Shown: in pieces, positions 1-10,400 of the stretch
Position numbering within the stretch: position 1 is the stretch's first letter
Layout of the letters: each line of letters starts with the position of its first letter
Source: a bacterium
GTDB taxonomy: Bacteria; Omnitrophota; Gorgyraeia; Zapsychrales; Zapsychraceae
Reading direction: 5' to 3'
Length of the DNA: 64,000 nt
NCBI GenBank assembly: GCA_030429765.1
Contig: JAUIER010000005.1
Span: 3,175-67,174, forward strand
The notes under the pieces: model-generated
The model's input: the letters and a program-made list of their open reading frames with translations, nothing else
What the model was told of the DNA's origin: nothing
The model's database searches: none
Position numbers and translations under genes: made by a program

Positions 1-396
1 TAATTGGACCCAAGAATGCGTATATAAATCCAAGGACCAAAGGCACCAACTCACGCACTGATCCCAACGATGTAGTCAATACGGCATAATCACTGGCACC
101 AAGTTTTTGAAGGTTACTTTCATTTTGAGTGGTTAGAAACCAACTCATAGAAATGCAAGCCAATAATGTCAGAACACCTCCCACGGCGACATAGATCCTC
201 AAAGAGCTTCTTAAGCAAAGATTATTGTTCAAGTCTATAAATCCGGTAGAAAGGGGGTTGAAATGCCTTCATTATACCATCTCGCTACAAAAAATTCTCT
301 TTGTCATTTCTTGATGGGTCTCGGTGGGACATAGCGAGCAAATGGGGTAAATCTTCGGCCGCTATGATGTCTCGATACGACATCTTAATCTATACA

Positions 397-539
397 GGCG
401 TATTCTTGAAACAAAAAAATATCTCGTTGATGCATCATGATGACCATAAAGCTATTCCCGGTCGTTAAAATGTCTCGTTGATGCATCGGGATTTTTGCTG
501 GCGTATTCTTGAAACAAAAAAATATCTCGTTGAAGCATC
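397..539. repeat. Two 40-bp direct repeats with one mismatch (397..436 and 500..539), each ending in motif TCTCGTTGA(T/A)GCATC. A third copy of the motif lies at 471..487 and a GATGTC-TCGATACG-GACATC palindrome at 366..384.
   Basis: Read directly: ggcgtattcttgaaacaaaaaaatatctcgttga[t/a]gcatc occurs twice 103 bp apart, and atctcgttgaagcatcgagat is itself palindromic. Confidence 0.8.
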
Positions 540-562
540 GAGATATTTTTTCGTTTCCATAG

Positions 563-592
563 AAAAGGACAATCCTGACGGATTGTCCTTTT
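563..592. terminator. Stem-loop (13-bp arms aaaaggacaatcc / ggattgtcctttt, loop tgac) flanked by A/T runs, next to the tRNA-fragment copy. Likely the native tRNA-Met terminator left on the chromosomal side of the insertion.
   Basis: Perfect inverted repeat read in the sequence, followed by a T-rich run on either strand. Confidence 0.5.
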
Positions 593-596
593 CTAT

Positions 597-641
597 TGGT
601 TGCGGGGGCCAGATTTGAACTGACGACCTTCAGGTTATGAG
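597..641 (-). repeat. 45-bp perfect copy of the 3' portion of tRNA-Met (identical to 32347..32391); candidate att site (attR-type relic) of a tRNA-integrated island.
   Basis: tggttgcgggggccagatttgaactgacgaccttcaggttatgag is identical at both loci. Downstream bases diverge (ggctaggc here versus cctgacgag in the tRNA). Confidence 0.85.
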
Positions 642-759
642 GCTAGGCTAAAACCTTTGCTTGTGTTAGCTGATTTTTATTAATGTTAAGCGTTGAAAGG
701 GTTTAAGAAAAAGTACGTTTGCTGGTGTTAGGTGTTCTTAGGCTGTTATCGCACCTGTT

Positions 760-777
760 TGTTACACATACGTTATC
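760..777. repeat. 18-bp subterminal repeat tgttacacatacgttatc (second copy at 32261..32278); candidate recombinase arm-type site. GTTATCGCA also occurs at 745..753.
   Basis: Exact 18-bp match found by eye near both island ends, same orientation, each 66-116 bp inside the tRNA-derived core repeat. Confidence 0.6.
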
Positions 778-854
778 ACATATATAAATCTACTATTAGG
801 TATATCTGATAAACGATTTGGATATTTGATGACCTCCACGTTCAATTCACAATT

Positions 855-2312
855 TTATTGATCTCCCGTCACAATCGTCGGCGTCAGAAAGATAACGATC
901 TCTGAAACTCGGTCAAAATTGCGGGTATTACGAAATAGAACGCCCACGACCGGGATGTCGCCGATTACCGGCACCTGGCTGACCGCGTCGATCTGTTCTT
1001 CTTTGATCAAACCGCCAATCACAAGCGTGGTCTGATCTTTGACCATCACCTTGGTCTGGGCCTCGGATGTATCGACCACCGGAATGATATTATTGTTGCT
1101 GGTGACGAGATTACGGACCACTGAACTCACCTCCGGCCGGACGGACATGGTGATAAACCGATCTTTGTGAATGGTGGGTGTGACGTAGAGTTTGACGCCG
1201 ACATCGATAAACTTGACATCTTCGGCCGTGGTAGCCGGACCCGACGCGGTGGTGGTTGTTGTTGTGGTGACATACGGTTCCTGAGATCCAACGAGAATAC
1301 GCGCTTCCTCTCCATCGATTGCGGTTATGCTTGGACTCGATAATATCCGGCTGTCTCCGACGGTTTCCAGGGCCTCCAACAGAAACGAATAATCATCATC
1401 CTGCAACGTACCGATACTGATCGTTCCCTTCTTTTCATTGATCCCCAGAATATCAAAATCACCGCCCAGCGTCAGATTGTGCCGATCCCGGACAATTCCT
1501 TGCCAATCGACACCGAGCTTGTATTCATCATCAAGCGTCACCTGAACGATCTTGGCCTCAATCAAGACCTCCTGCTGCTGCGTATCAAAGGCCTTGATCA
1601 TGCGCTCGATCTCCTGCAGCTTCTGAAACGTGTCCGAGACAATCATACGCTTGGCCTTGCGGTTGAATCGAAGGGTTCCGACACCCGAAGTCAGCACCTG
1701 CTCAATATCCGCCGCCAGCGACTCGATATTGGCATACGACACATCAAACACCCGTGTCTGCAGCGCCACATCAATCTTGTCAATGACCTTAATCATCTGC
1801 TGGATCTTCAGCGGGGTATCGATCAGGATCAACGTCCGTGATTTTTCATCGGGAATGATCTGTCCTACCTCGCTCTTGATCATGGACAGCGTCGATTCCA
1901 GCTTCTTGGGCTCGGCAAAGGCGATATCAACCACCTGCGTCGCCATCACCGTTTCACCAAATTTCCGGCCGTAACGGATCTCATAATCCTTGTCCGTCAT
2001 CACTGTCATCAACCGCTCCGACTTATCGATCACCCATCCGTAGGTCTGAACGATGATATCCAGCGCTTCCAACGGTTCAATGTTCTTGAGATAAATGGAC
2101 ACCTTGCCGCGTACATTCGGTGATTTGACAATATTCACCCCCGACTCATTGGACAGGTATTTGAGGACATCACCGACCTCCATCTCCTTGAGGTCCAATA
2201 CATCAATAGTGACGGGAACGGTATCTACGGCAGAACGTGAACTCTGTGCCCATACCGCGGATGGCAAGAATGTTAGGCAAATCAAAATGATGAGAGGCTT
2301 CAAGGCTGTCAT
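855..2312 (-). CDS. Secretin (type IV pilus PilQ or type II secretion GspD family) with signal peptide. ATG at 2312 preferred over the TTG at 2333 used in the ORF track.
   Basis: Secretin-like C-terminal region (LIEAKIVQV...GGLIKEE...VPVIGDIPVVGVLF...IVIFLTPTIV) and N-terminal secretin_N-like modules. Confidence 0.8.
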   Translation of the reverse strand: MTALKPLIILICLTFLPSAVWAQSSRSAVDTVPVTIDVLDLKEMEVGDVLKYLSNESGVNIVKSPNVRGKVSIYLKNIEPLEALDIIVQTYGWVIDKSERLMTVMTDKDYEIRYGRKFGETVMATQVVDIAFAEPKKLESTLSMIKSEVGQIIPDEKSRTLILIDTPLKIQQMIKVIDKIDVALQTRVFDVSYANIESLAADIEQVLTSGVGTLRFNRKAKRMIVSDTFQKLQEIERMIKAFDTQQQEVLIEAKIVQVTLDDEYKLGVDWQGIVRDRHNLTLGGDFDILGINEKKGTISIGTLQDDDYSFLLEALETVGDSRILSSPSITAIDGEEARILVGSQEPYVTTTTTTTASGPATTAEDVKFIDVGVKLYVTPTIHKDRFITMSVRPEVSSVVRNLVTSNNNIIPVVDTSEAQTKVMVKDQTTLVIGGLIKEEQIDAVSQVPVIGDIPVVGVLFRNTRNFDRVSEIVIFLTPTIVTGDQ

Positions 2313-2339
2313 AACACAATTGAGGTTGTACAAATAAAT

Positions 2340-2930
2340 CTAGAGTTCCAGATCGACGAGTGTTTCGTTAAACTCAAACTGCACCCGGTCGGGATGAATC
2401 GCGAGCACTTTGGCGCCGTGAATCCCGTCGCCGGTCTTCAAAAAAAGCGTTTCATGCGTCGATAAATCTTTGACCACCGCCAGCGACGGCGACTTGATGA
2501 TAATCCCCGACAGCGTAATAAATTGATCTAGCGTCTTGACCGGTTCAGCGACTGCCTCGGACCGGTTAACCCGGCGCGCGTCCAGCTCATCGCGATAGTT
2601 TACAAAGATATTCCGGCGGCGAACCGGCTGTAAATACTCCGACACGTCCCGAACCGGTGATGATGCGACATCGAGTTGAGCGTCCGCGATCGATTGAGCC
2701 CGAATATCAAAATCACTCAATCGCTGCTGTTGCTGAAGGCTCAACCAGACAAACTGCACGCCGACACCGATCAACAGCATCAAAATCATCCAGCGAAGCG
2801 ACAGGTTCACACGCTTCATCCATTGCAGCAAACGGTTCCGTTGCCGCATCTGCTGCTGATCCTTCAGCATTTGATCATGCGAATAGTCCGTCGTGACGGC
2901 AGGAATCGTGATGCGGCTTTTCTGGATCAT
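2340..2930 (-). CDS. Secretin-associated inner-membrane protein (PilP/GspC-like); single TM helix then periplasmic domain. Start moved to internal ATG 2930, which has a GGAGAA RBS.
   Basis: Position immediately upstream of the secretin on the same strand; TM segment WMILMLLIGVGVQFVWLSL; C-terminal beta-rich domain. Weak family assignment. Confidence 0.4.
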   Translation of the reverse strand: MIQKSRITIPAVTTDYSHDQMLKDQQQMRQRNRLLQWMKRVNLSLRWMILMLLIGVGVQFVWLSLQQQQRLSDFDIRAQSIADAQLDVASSPVRDVSEYLQPVRRRNIFVNYRDELDARRVNRSEAVAEPVKTLDQFITLSGIIIKSPSLAVVKDLSTHETLFLKTGDGIHGAKVLAIHPDRVQFEFNETLVDLEL

Positions 2931-3057
2931 AACAGTTCTCCGACCTAGTCTTAGTCTAGAGAAGGTTGACAGACAAATCAACTGATCTTATGTACTTTGG
3001 ATGGACAATCGTTTTGTAAGGCGTTGGGAATGAGAGATTTAAAACAGCGACACTTTT

Positions 3058-3789
3058 TTAGTCCAGCAATCGACCCACAACCGGAAATTCGATCACATAT
3101 TTGTCGCCATGGGGTGAAAGTTCCAGCAATTCCGTCAAATCGTAACCGGCGTAACCCTGTCCGTCACTGGGATCATGCTCGCCCCCGCGCCACAATCGGC
3201 TCTGAGTAACGTCATAAATAACACCATTAACCGCTACATACGCCGGACGGCCGTTCTTACCGTCGAACTCACGTAATTGACGCTCGGTTAAATCAATCGG
3301 CGTTTTGTACTCACGGTGAACCGGCTTCTTGAATTCTTTTTTAAGGTCCTTGGGTTTCTCGATGATTTCAGGTTCTTCAGATCCTTTGGCATAAATTACC
3401 TGACCACCGGCATTCCAGCTGGAGGCTCCGCCCTCAAGCACAAAGATGTTATCCAGACCCAGATCGGCCAGCAGATTACCCGAATACGGCGCGCGCCACG
3501 ACGAATGCGTGCAGTAAATCACCGCCGGTCGATCTAGCGGGATCTCCTCCCGCCGATTCTCCATTTCATAATACGGAATGTTGATCGCACTCGGAAGATG
3601 CCCAGCCTCAAACTCCTTGGGTTCACGCACATCCACAAACACAAATTCACGGTCATGTTTGATCCAATTACGGATGGTTTGTGAGTTAATGTATGGGGCT
3701 TTGGGAAGGGTCGAATTCTCTGCATACGAGACACTTGGTAACGTTATAAGTATAATTAAAGTTGCACATATTATTCGTATAAGTTCCAT
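3058..3789 (-). CDS. Secreted rhodanese-domain protein fused to a C-terminal cytochrome b5-like heme/steroid-binding domain. Start at ATG 3789 with an AGGAG RBS.
   Basis: Rhodanese active-site region YCTHSSWRAPY (Cys loop); C-terminal GKNGRPAYVAVNGVIYDVT...GGEH...GYAG resembles cyt-b5-like domains. Confidence 0.6.
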   Translation of the reverse strand: MELIRIICATLIILITLPSVSYAENSTLPKAPYINSQTIRNWIKHDREFVFVDVREPKEFEAGHLPSAINIPYYEMENRREEIPLDRPAVIYCTHSSWRAPYSGNLLADLGLDNIFVLEGGASSWNAGGQVIYAKGSEEPEIIEKPKDLKKEFKKPVHREYKTPIDLTERQLREFDGKNGRPAYVAVNGVIYDVTQSRLWRGGEHDPSDGQGYAGYDLTELLELSPHGDKYVIEFPVVGRLLD

Positions 3790-3808
3790 TGAACAAACTC
3801 CTATAGCT

Positions 3809-4864
3809 TTAGTTGTTCTTTGTTGATAGTAATGCATGTAATTCTAAGACCATCTCTTTGGTAAAACGTTGCGCTCCCTTCTGATTGAGATGATGCCAGT
3901 CTTCAAAGTATTCAAAGCCATACGACCTTAGTAATCCTTCATCATATCGCACAAAAGAATTATCTCTTGCAATCTCGGCAATAAACTCTTTATATCGGTC
4001 ATTACTACCATCCGCCTCCCGATTAGCCATAATCTCCTCAAAGATTGGGGCATTAATGATGATCAGGGGCACGCTGTATTGCTTGGCCAAATCACAAGCC
4101 TTCTTGTACCAATACAGGCTTTCGTGGTCTGGATAGATAGGCCAATTGTAATACTTGTGCTCTCGTATCTCCTGCAATGACATCGGCACCGGACGCTCGG
4201 TCAAGTTGCCTCCGTTATAGCGTTGTAGCTGATCCTTCTGAATCGTCACCCGTGGGGTCTGATCTACTCCTCGTCCACGTAAGAAATCACTAATAGCAGC
4301 TCGATATAAAATCAGGGTAGAAATCCGTTCGCATTTGGCGGCAACCAAAGACAACGCTGTTTTAAAAGGAAAATTCTGGACGAGACTTCCTAAGGAATAC
4401 AGTTCAACAAGCATATGCGACGCATTCGAAATTTCAAACGAATTCTCGAGCGTCCACTCCCCCGTAGTGGCGATGGGAGTAATAGCCAAAATAATATACT
4501 TGGGCTTGTGATGATTTTTCAAATACCTATCCAAGAGCAGATAATAGGTGCGAATTCCATGATTGGGAATCGCAAAATTGTAAACGTCAAATTGATGCCC
4601 CGTCTGCTTGGCTATCTCATCGGACAAATACTTGGCGTCCAGCCGTAATATCTGGCTGTCACCCAGAATTATCGCATCATAATCCAGCTTAGAGCGGCTA
4701 TCCAAAAGCTCGCTTTTGTGTTTGACCAAGCCCATAGCCAATGTACGGAATTTGATTTGATTCGCGCGGACTAATCCTTCCATCAGTAAAAGGCCCACGA
4801 TGCAGACCAATAGTGCCTTGGGAACCGGTTTTCCAAATATAGACATTCTCGATGGCAATGGCAT
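3809..4864 (-). CDS. SGNH/GDSL-type hydrolase or O-acyltransferase (DltD/AlgJ/AlgX-like, DUF1574-like) with N-terminal signal/anchor.
   Basis: GDSQ block near the N-terminus and the C-terminal DWHHLNQKG catalytic Asp/His motif typical of SGNH-fold enzymes. Confidence 0.55.
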   Translation of the reverse strand: MPLPSRMSIFGKPVPKALLVCIVGLLLMEGLVRANQIKFRTLAMGLVKHKSELLDSRSKLDYDAIILGDSQILRLDAKYLSDEIAKQTGHQFDVYNFAIPNHGIRTYYLLLDRYLKNHHKPKYIILAITPIATTGEWTLENSFEISNASHMLVELYSLGSLVQNFPFKTALSLVAAKCERISTLILYRAAISDFLRGRGVDQTPRVTIQKDQLQRYNGGNLTERPVPMSLQEIREHKYYNWPIYPDHESLYWYKKACDLAKQYSVPLIIINAPIFEEIMANREADGSNDRYKEFIAEIARDNSFVRYDEGLLRSYGFEYFEDWHHLNQKGAQRFTKEMVLELHALLSTKNN

Positions 4865-4942
4865 AGACCGTTATTTTACTAGAAAGCGCGGAGTATTTGT
4901 ATCCGTTTTTTGGTCTATTGACGAAAAGAGTATCCTCAGAAA

Positions 4943-4973
4943 TACAAAAAATTCCCCTTCCATGCGGGGGAAT
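4943..4973 (-). terminator. Rho-independent terminator for the minus-strand gene 5093..5671 (stem attcccc / ggggaat, loop ttccatgc, followed on the minus strand by a TTTTTTGTATTT run).
   Basis: Inverted repeat plus a poly-A run on the plus strand at 4945..4950, read directly. Confidence 0.5.
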
Positions 4974-5092
4974 CTCGAGGGGGATTGGATGAACGTCAAA
5001 CCAAAGACTGTTATATCTGTCGATTACTATAGGTCAAACCATCAAATTTAATGGGATAATGGGATAATTGGTGCTGATCCCGTTTTTTACTT

Positions 5093-5671
5093 TTAATATT
5101 CGAATTCTATCATAGGAATTTTTAGTTCCAATTCTTCAAAATCAGGAATGCTTCGTAAAAGATATGTGTTTGAACTGGAAGTAATTATAATATTCTTAGC
5201 TGGTTTCCTTATATTTGTACTGCTAAAAGGCATCCATCCATTGATTTGCTCCTGCTCTCTATGAAGCAAGAAAAGCTGATTCATTTTCTCATACCTCTTA
5301 GTATCAACATGGATACCAAAATTAGGCTTTAATGTTCCACTAATAGTCATAGTATGATGTCCATTTAGTGTTTCATTGATTTTATTGTCTGATCCCTCCA
5401 GACTCGCCAAACTTAATCGCCTCAAAATTATACCGTTGGCCTCTTTGAGACCTCCAATTTCCTTTAGTATATCCGATTGGCCACTACTAAATGCAATTAT
5501 CTGTTTTTCAATATGATCGACCTTACCAACTAAGTTCTTATAGTTTATGTCCAATTCAGTAAACTTGGACACAACATTTCCATACATTATTGTGCATCCA
5601 ACAATACCTCCCATAATAGTAAGTAACAAACTGATAACTACTACAGATGTGTTTATACCATCTAAATTCAT
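5093..5671 (-). CDS. Hypothetical membrane-anchored protein (N-terminal TM helix, AT-rich gene).
   Basis: Long ORF; hydrophobic N-terminus VVVISLLLTIMGGIVGCTIM; no recognisable motif. Confidence 0.4.
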   Translation of the reverse strand: MNLDGINTSVVVISLLLTIMGGIVGCTIMYGNVVSKFTELDINYKNLVGKVDHIEKQIIAFSSGQSDILKEIGGLKEANGIILRRLSLASLEGSDNKINETLNGHHTMTISGTLKPNFGIHVDTKRYEKMNQLFLLHREQEQINGWMPFSSTNIRKPAKNIIITSSSNTYLLRSIPDFEELELKIPMIEFEY

Positions 5672-5858
5672 TGTTTGCCTTTCTGGATTCGCTCAAATAA
5701 GGACACAGTCATCCTTCTGTTAGTTGCAGTTAGATTAGCTTTGCGTACAATATTGGAAACTAGGTTAGTCGATTGCTCATATTTAAGTTGTTTTTCTTCC
5801 CTCCTATTACCATCACGATAAGTCCAGATCGTTTTTAATCGTAATATTCGATCCAATT

Positions 5859-6644
5859 TTATTGATAAAACTGAAATGATGTTAATATACCATTCTCAAA
5901 TCTCAAATATTTTGATTTTCTTGCAGGATCTCCATAAATCCACTGCTCTTGAGCATTATTGGAATATTTTCCTTTTTCAACTTCATCAGCTCGGCCTAAG
6001 CTTCTTGTAACATCTGACCTGGTCATTCCGTATAGAATTTCTCGATTCCTGATCGCTTCTTTAATTTGCTTCTCAAAGCTTCTCTTTTCGCTGTATAAAC
6101 TAGCCTTGTCATCACGTAGAGCAGATATTACAGACTTAATTTTAGTTCGTTGGTCGGAATCTAAATTCTTATCTAGTGCATACTGTAATTGTCTTTCAGC
6201 TTTGTCATAGAATGAAATTGCCTTCTTATATTTAGCAACCGACTTCACTCCTCCAGACAATATGATTTCTGCATCTGTAGTATATTGAAAAGCTTGTTTA
6301 ATTTTCTCTTCCCCCATTAGTTCAGAGGATTGTTTTGAAGATGCTACTTGCCGCATAGGAACTTCAGCTTTTTTTACCTTTACACCTAAACGCTTGATAA
6401 ATTTGCCACTACCCTTGGAGTCAAATTCTACATAATCGGCCCCAATTTCCGTTACGGTAAGCTCGCCTACTCGATCACCCACCCTAACTAGCTCATCATT
6501 AACAACAGCAACATATTCAGTTCCGCTCATAATTCCACTTATATTCAAACTTTCTGCCCAGCAGGCTGATGGAAAGTATCCGACAAAAGCTACTACTAAT
6601 AATATTACTATTTTTTTCACGATTATAGTACGATTAGCCTTCAA
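5859..6644 (-). CDS. Secreted/lipoprotein with C-terminal BamE-like (SmpA/OmlA) domain.
   Basis: Signal peptide; C-terminal GMTRSDVTRSLGRADEVEK...EQWIYG...LRFENGILTSFQ resembles the SmpA/OmlA fold consensus. Confidence 0.45.
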   Translation of the reverse strand: MKANRTIIVKKIVILLVVAFVGYFPSACWAESLNISGIMSGTEYVAVVNDELVRVGDRVGELTVTEIGADYVEFDSKGSGKFIKRLGVKVKKAEVPMRQVASSKQSSELMGEEKIKQAFQYTTDAEIILSGGVKSVAKYKKAISFYDKAERQLQYALDKNLDSDQRTKIKSVISALRDDKASLYSEKRSFEKQIKEAIRNREILYGMTRSDVTRSLGRADEVEKGKYSNNAQEQWIYGDPARKSKYLRFENGILTSFQFYQ

Positions 6645-6858
6645 CCGCTGCAGTGATCGGAAAAAGGCCTGTCCGGAAGGACGAAAACGATCGAATGCCT
6701 TTCTCGATCGTTTCTTAATATTGATTATCCTGTTTCTGAAAAAGAAAATGAACAGCGGATTGATACTCTCGAAATTTATTTTTCGGAAACAGATGCGTTA
6801 ACTACTGCGCTGTCCCTTTTCAGGGACTGTCTCGTTCTCCCTTCTCGTCCCTATTTAT

Positions 6859-7386
6859 TCATTTATTGTAACTGTCTATACCTAATGCGTTAATATAATG
6901 AACTATTTCATGCCATTGAGCTAGGTTGCAATCACAGTATATTGGTCCGTCCGAAAAGGCCAAGTTTATTATTCGTTTGTATTTAAAAAATTCTATTGTA
7001 TAGTCTTTATCTAATGTAATACTGTCTTTAATAGTTTGAAAATCAACTTCCTTAGACTTTCCGTCAAACTTATTTTTACACACAATTTTTACCCTAGTGA
7101 CTCCATCATTCGATCTATCGAGTTCCGCTTTAGTTTTTACACCTAAATCTTTAACGTATTGAGTTATTTCAAGCCATTCCTCAAAAGTACAATTACAATA
7201 CATTTCTCCATGTGGAATATTTAGGTTTATTATTTTTTCATTCTCATATAACTCTATAGCATAGTTACCCTCAATATATATATTTTTCTTAATGGTATCA
7301 AAGTCAACCTCATTAGAAATTCCATCAAAATTTTTTTTATACACAACTACTAGCACTTTACCTCCCCATACAAACGAAATTATCAA
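6859..7386 (-). CDS. Putative immunity protein of the upstream RHS toxin. It is an internal tandem duplication of ~85-aa modules, each with a conserved C-x-C (CNC/CDC) and W-x-E-I motif.
   Basis: Position 31 bp downstream of the RHS gene on the same strand; two homologous halves (KKNFDGISNEVDFDTIKKNIYIEG...MYCNCTFEEWLEITQYVKDLG versus KNKFDGKSKEVDFQTIKDSITLDK...IYCDCNLAQWHEIVHYINALG). Confidence 0.5.
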   Translation of the reverse strand: MIISFVWGGKVLVVVYKKNFDGISNEVDFDTIKKNIYIEGNYAIELYENEKIINLNIPHGEMYCNCTFEEWLEITQYVKDLGVKTKAELDRSNDGVTRVKIVCKNKFDGKSKEVDFQTIKDSITLDKDYTIEFFKYKRIINLAFSDGPIYCDCNLAQWHEIVHYINALGIDSYNK

Positions 7387-7417
7387 TCAGTTGTCGTAGC
7401 CCGGCAGAAATTGCTAA

Positions 7418-10400
7418 TTATTCTGGAAAAAACGGCCCATCATACCATTCCACTCCCCATCCGGGTGTGTAATGCTCCCACTGTGGCTGTGGCTTAGGAT
7501 GTCTGGGACCAGCCGGAAAGGGAAATTTGGGCTTATATGGCCTCACTCCTGTCCCAGGATTACTGGTTGGTAAATTTAATGCAGTTTGTGCTTCTAACCC
7601 CGGCTTATAAGGAGGCTTAACGCTAGGCCCTGTAAAATATTTAGTCTTGTACCATGGTTGTTCTGCTGGATAGTATTGCCAATATTTTGGCTTTTTCGAA
7701 TCCTGTATCAAGTAAGTAACTCCAGCAACTAATAGTAAAAGAAGAGCAATAGGCAATATTCCACAGCTAGATATAGCTGACCCTGTTCCTGCTGCTCCTG
7801 CTACTGCTGCCGTTTCTGCTACTTGCAAACCTAATGGATCCGTAAAATTAATTGGATTGGATAACACATATTCAAACAAATTCATCGAATCATAGTAGCC
7901 CAACGGATCCCTTTGCAAAAATCGACCTATGTCTGGATCATATGCTCTGGCGCGGTAGTGGTAAATACCGATTTCTGTGTCAAATCGACGTCCAGTAAAA
8001 TAATACGGATTACCTATTGATGACAGCGATGTAGTGATCTTTCCATATGGATCATAATCATAAGTTTCCAGAACTGTCCCCGATGAGTTTGAAATATTAC
8101 GAATACTATTTAAACCGTCAAAATGATAATAGTAGGTTGTGGAACTACGATCCATAGTAAGGACTTCGTCGATCCCTCGCCCCATGACGTAATCTGCTTG
8201 CAGAACATTCGAAGAACTATATTCCTCTATTACTTCCGATCCATCGTAAACAAAATAAGTCGTCGTACCATCAACTGTCTTACTGACTCGCCGATTAAAC
8301 GCATCATATTCGTATGTTGCGGTATGCGATGAGTTTTGCATTTGGATAAGCCTGTTCTGCTCATCATACGTATACGTGTTGGTTCCATCTGATTGAAGGT
8401 TATCATTGGAGTCATACGTGTATGTCTGTGTGCCGACTTGATCGTATTGATTTAGGTTATTTGACGTATAGCTAGCACTATCGGCTGTTGTACGATTACC
8501 CACATTATCATACGCGTAACTATGCGTCTGAGCACCTGTCACACCCGTCAACTCATAAATATCGTTATAAGCATAGGTCTGCGTTGCACCGCCTGTTGTC
8601 ATGGTTAGTCGATTGCTCACGTTATCGTATGTGTAATCGAACGTTGAAACGTTCGTTGACGGCAACACATCATTCTTGAGCTGAAGCAACTGATTGGCGA
8701 TGTCATAATCATAATCTGCCACAGGCAAATTGGTATTGATAAACGACTTCTTCGTTCGTCGATTCAGCGGATCGTAGGTGTAATCGAGCAATCCCGCCGT
8801 ATTAACGTCGATATCCGTCATCCGATTCAGATCATCATACGCGTAATCAACAACCTTACCCGACGGATACGTCAACTTGGTTCGATTGCCGTAGTCATCG
8901 TAATTGAAAGTTAGCGTGTAGTTGTTTGAGTTTAGGGTTTGGGTGGTGGTGGCCACACGGTTTAAGGCATCATATGTGTAACCCACACTACTGGCTGTCG
9001 TATCTGCATCCGTCAACCGCGACCCCACATCATACGTGTATGTAACATCCAGATTGCTATCCGTCGTGTACGTTTTGTCAGTCCGGCGGTTAAGGACGTC
9101 GTAAACATAATCAATCGCGTTCCCGCTTGGCGTCGTATGCTTGGTCAGGTTAGAATTCTTGTCGTACTGATACGTACTTCCACTGGAATCCGCGTAAGTC
9201 TTACTGGTGCGCCGATCAAACCCGTCATACGCGTAATCGGTGGCATTACTTTCCGCATCCGTAATCTTGACCAAATTACCGTTCTTATCGTAATCATATT
9301 GCGTCACACCCTGCGGCGTATTGGCATCTTTATGTTCAAATAACAAGTCCCGTTCATCATAAACATATGTCGTCACATTGGTCTCGGCATCCGTCACCGT
9401 CGCTACATTCTCGCTAAGATCATAGGTATACGTCATTGTCCGGTTCAGCGGGTCCTTCATGGTCAGCACATTATTGAGAATGTCATACGTGTACTCGATG
9501 GTCTGCCACACCGTCACCGGATCATCGGCCTGACGTTCGAGCTTCGTCACATTCCCGTTCTGATCATAGGTGTATTTGGTCTCATAACCCAGATCATTAG
9601 TAGTCTTGATCAACCAGCCTAACTCATTGTAGTCCAGGTCAGTCACATTGGTATTGGCATCAGTGATCGTATCCACATTCCCATACGTATCGTATGTTAA
9701 AGACGTAATCGCGTTAATCCCGGATGGATCGCGGATAACATCCTTAAGATAACCGGTTGTTGCATGGTAGGCAAACTGAGTGATATTCCCGTTGGGATTC
9801 TGTGTTTCCGTGATCTGTCCATAGGCATTATACGTAAAATGGGTCGTCGGCGTCTGACTGTTCACCGTTGGCTGCTCGAGCTTAACCACATTCCCGGCTG
9901 CACCATATTTGGGATCGCTCGTCGGCAGGTCATAATCAAACGTATAGGTGTAGGTATTCCCCTTAGGATCGGTAATCGTACGAACCTGATTGAAATTAGA
10001 CTCATAGATAAAATCCGTCACAATATCATTGGTATTGTTATCAGCCAGCGCCATATCCGCTTTTTGACGGACTTGCAGGACATTGCCGCGGGCACGGCGA
10101 TCGGTATTTGTGATGTCATACACATACTTGACCCCATTTCCTTCCGGATACGTAACCGTCTCCAGCTGACGCTCTGAATTGTAGGTATAACTAGTAATAT
10201 AAGAGGCCGGATCTCCCGTACGAATCCCTTGTGTGAAGACTTCTTTGGATAACAGAGCTGCGTTTCCATCAAAATTGTAGGTCGTGACCATACCGCGCCG
10301 ATCCGTCACCGTTGTGGTATTGACGCCATAGGAAAACAAGTAATATCCAGAACCCAAATCCTGCCGCTCGACACGTCCTTCGGAGTCATACGTATTTGTC

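Noticed and set aside
1127-2337. Short ORFs inside or antisense to the secretin gene (1127..1315, 1479..1841, 1630..1974, 2095..2337).
   Set aside because: Fully contained in the secretin ORF; no independent signals.
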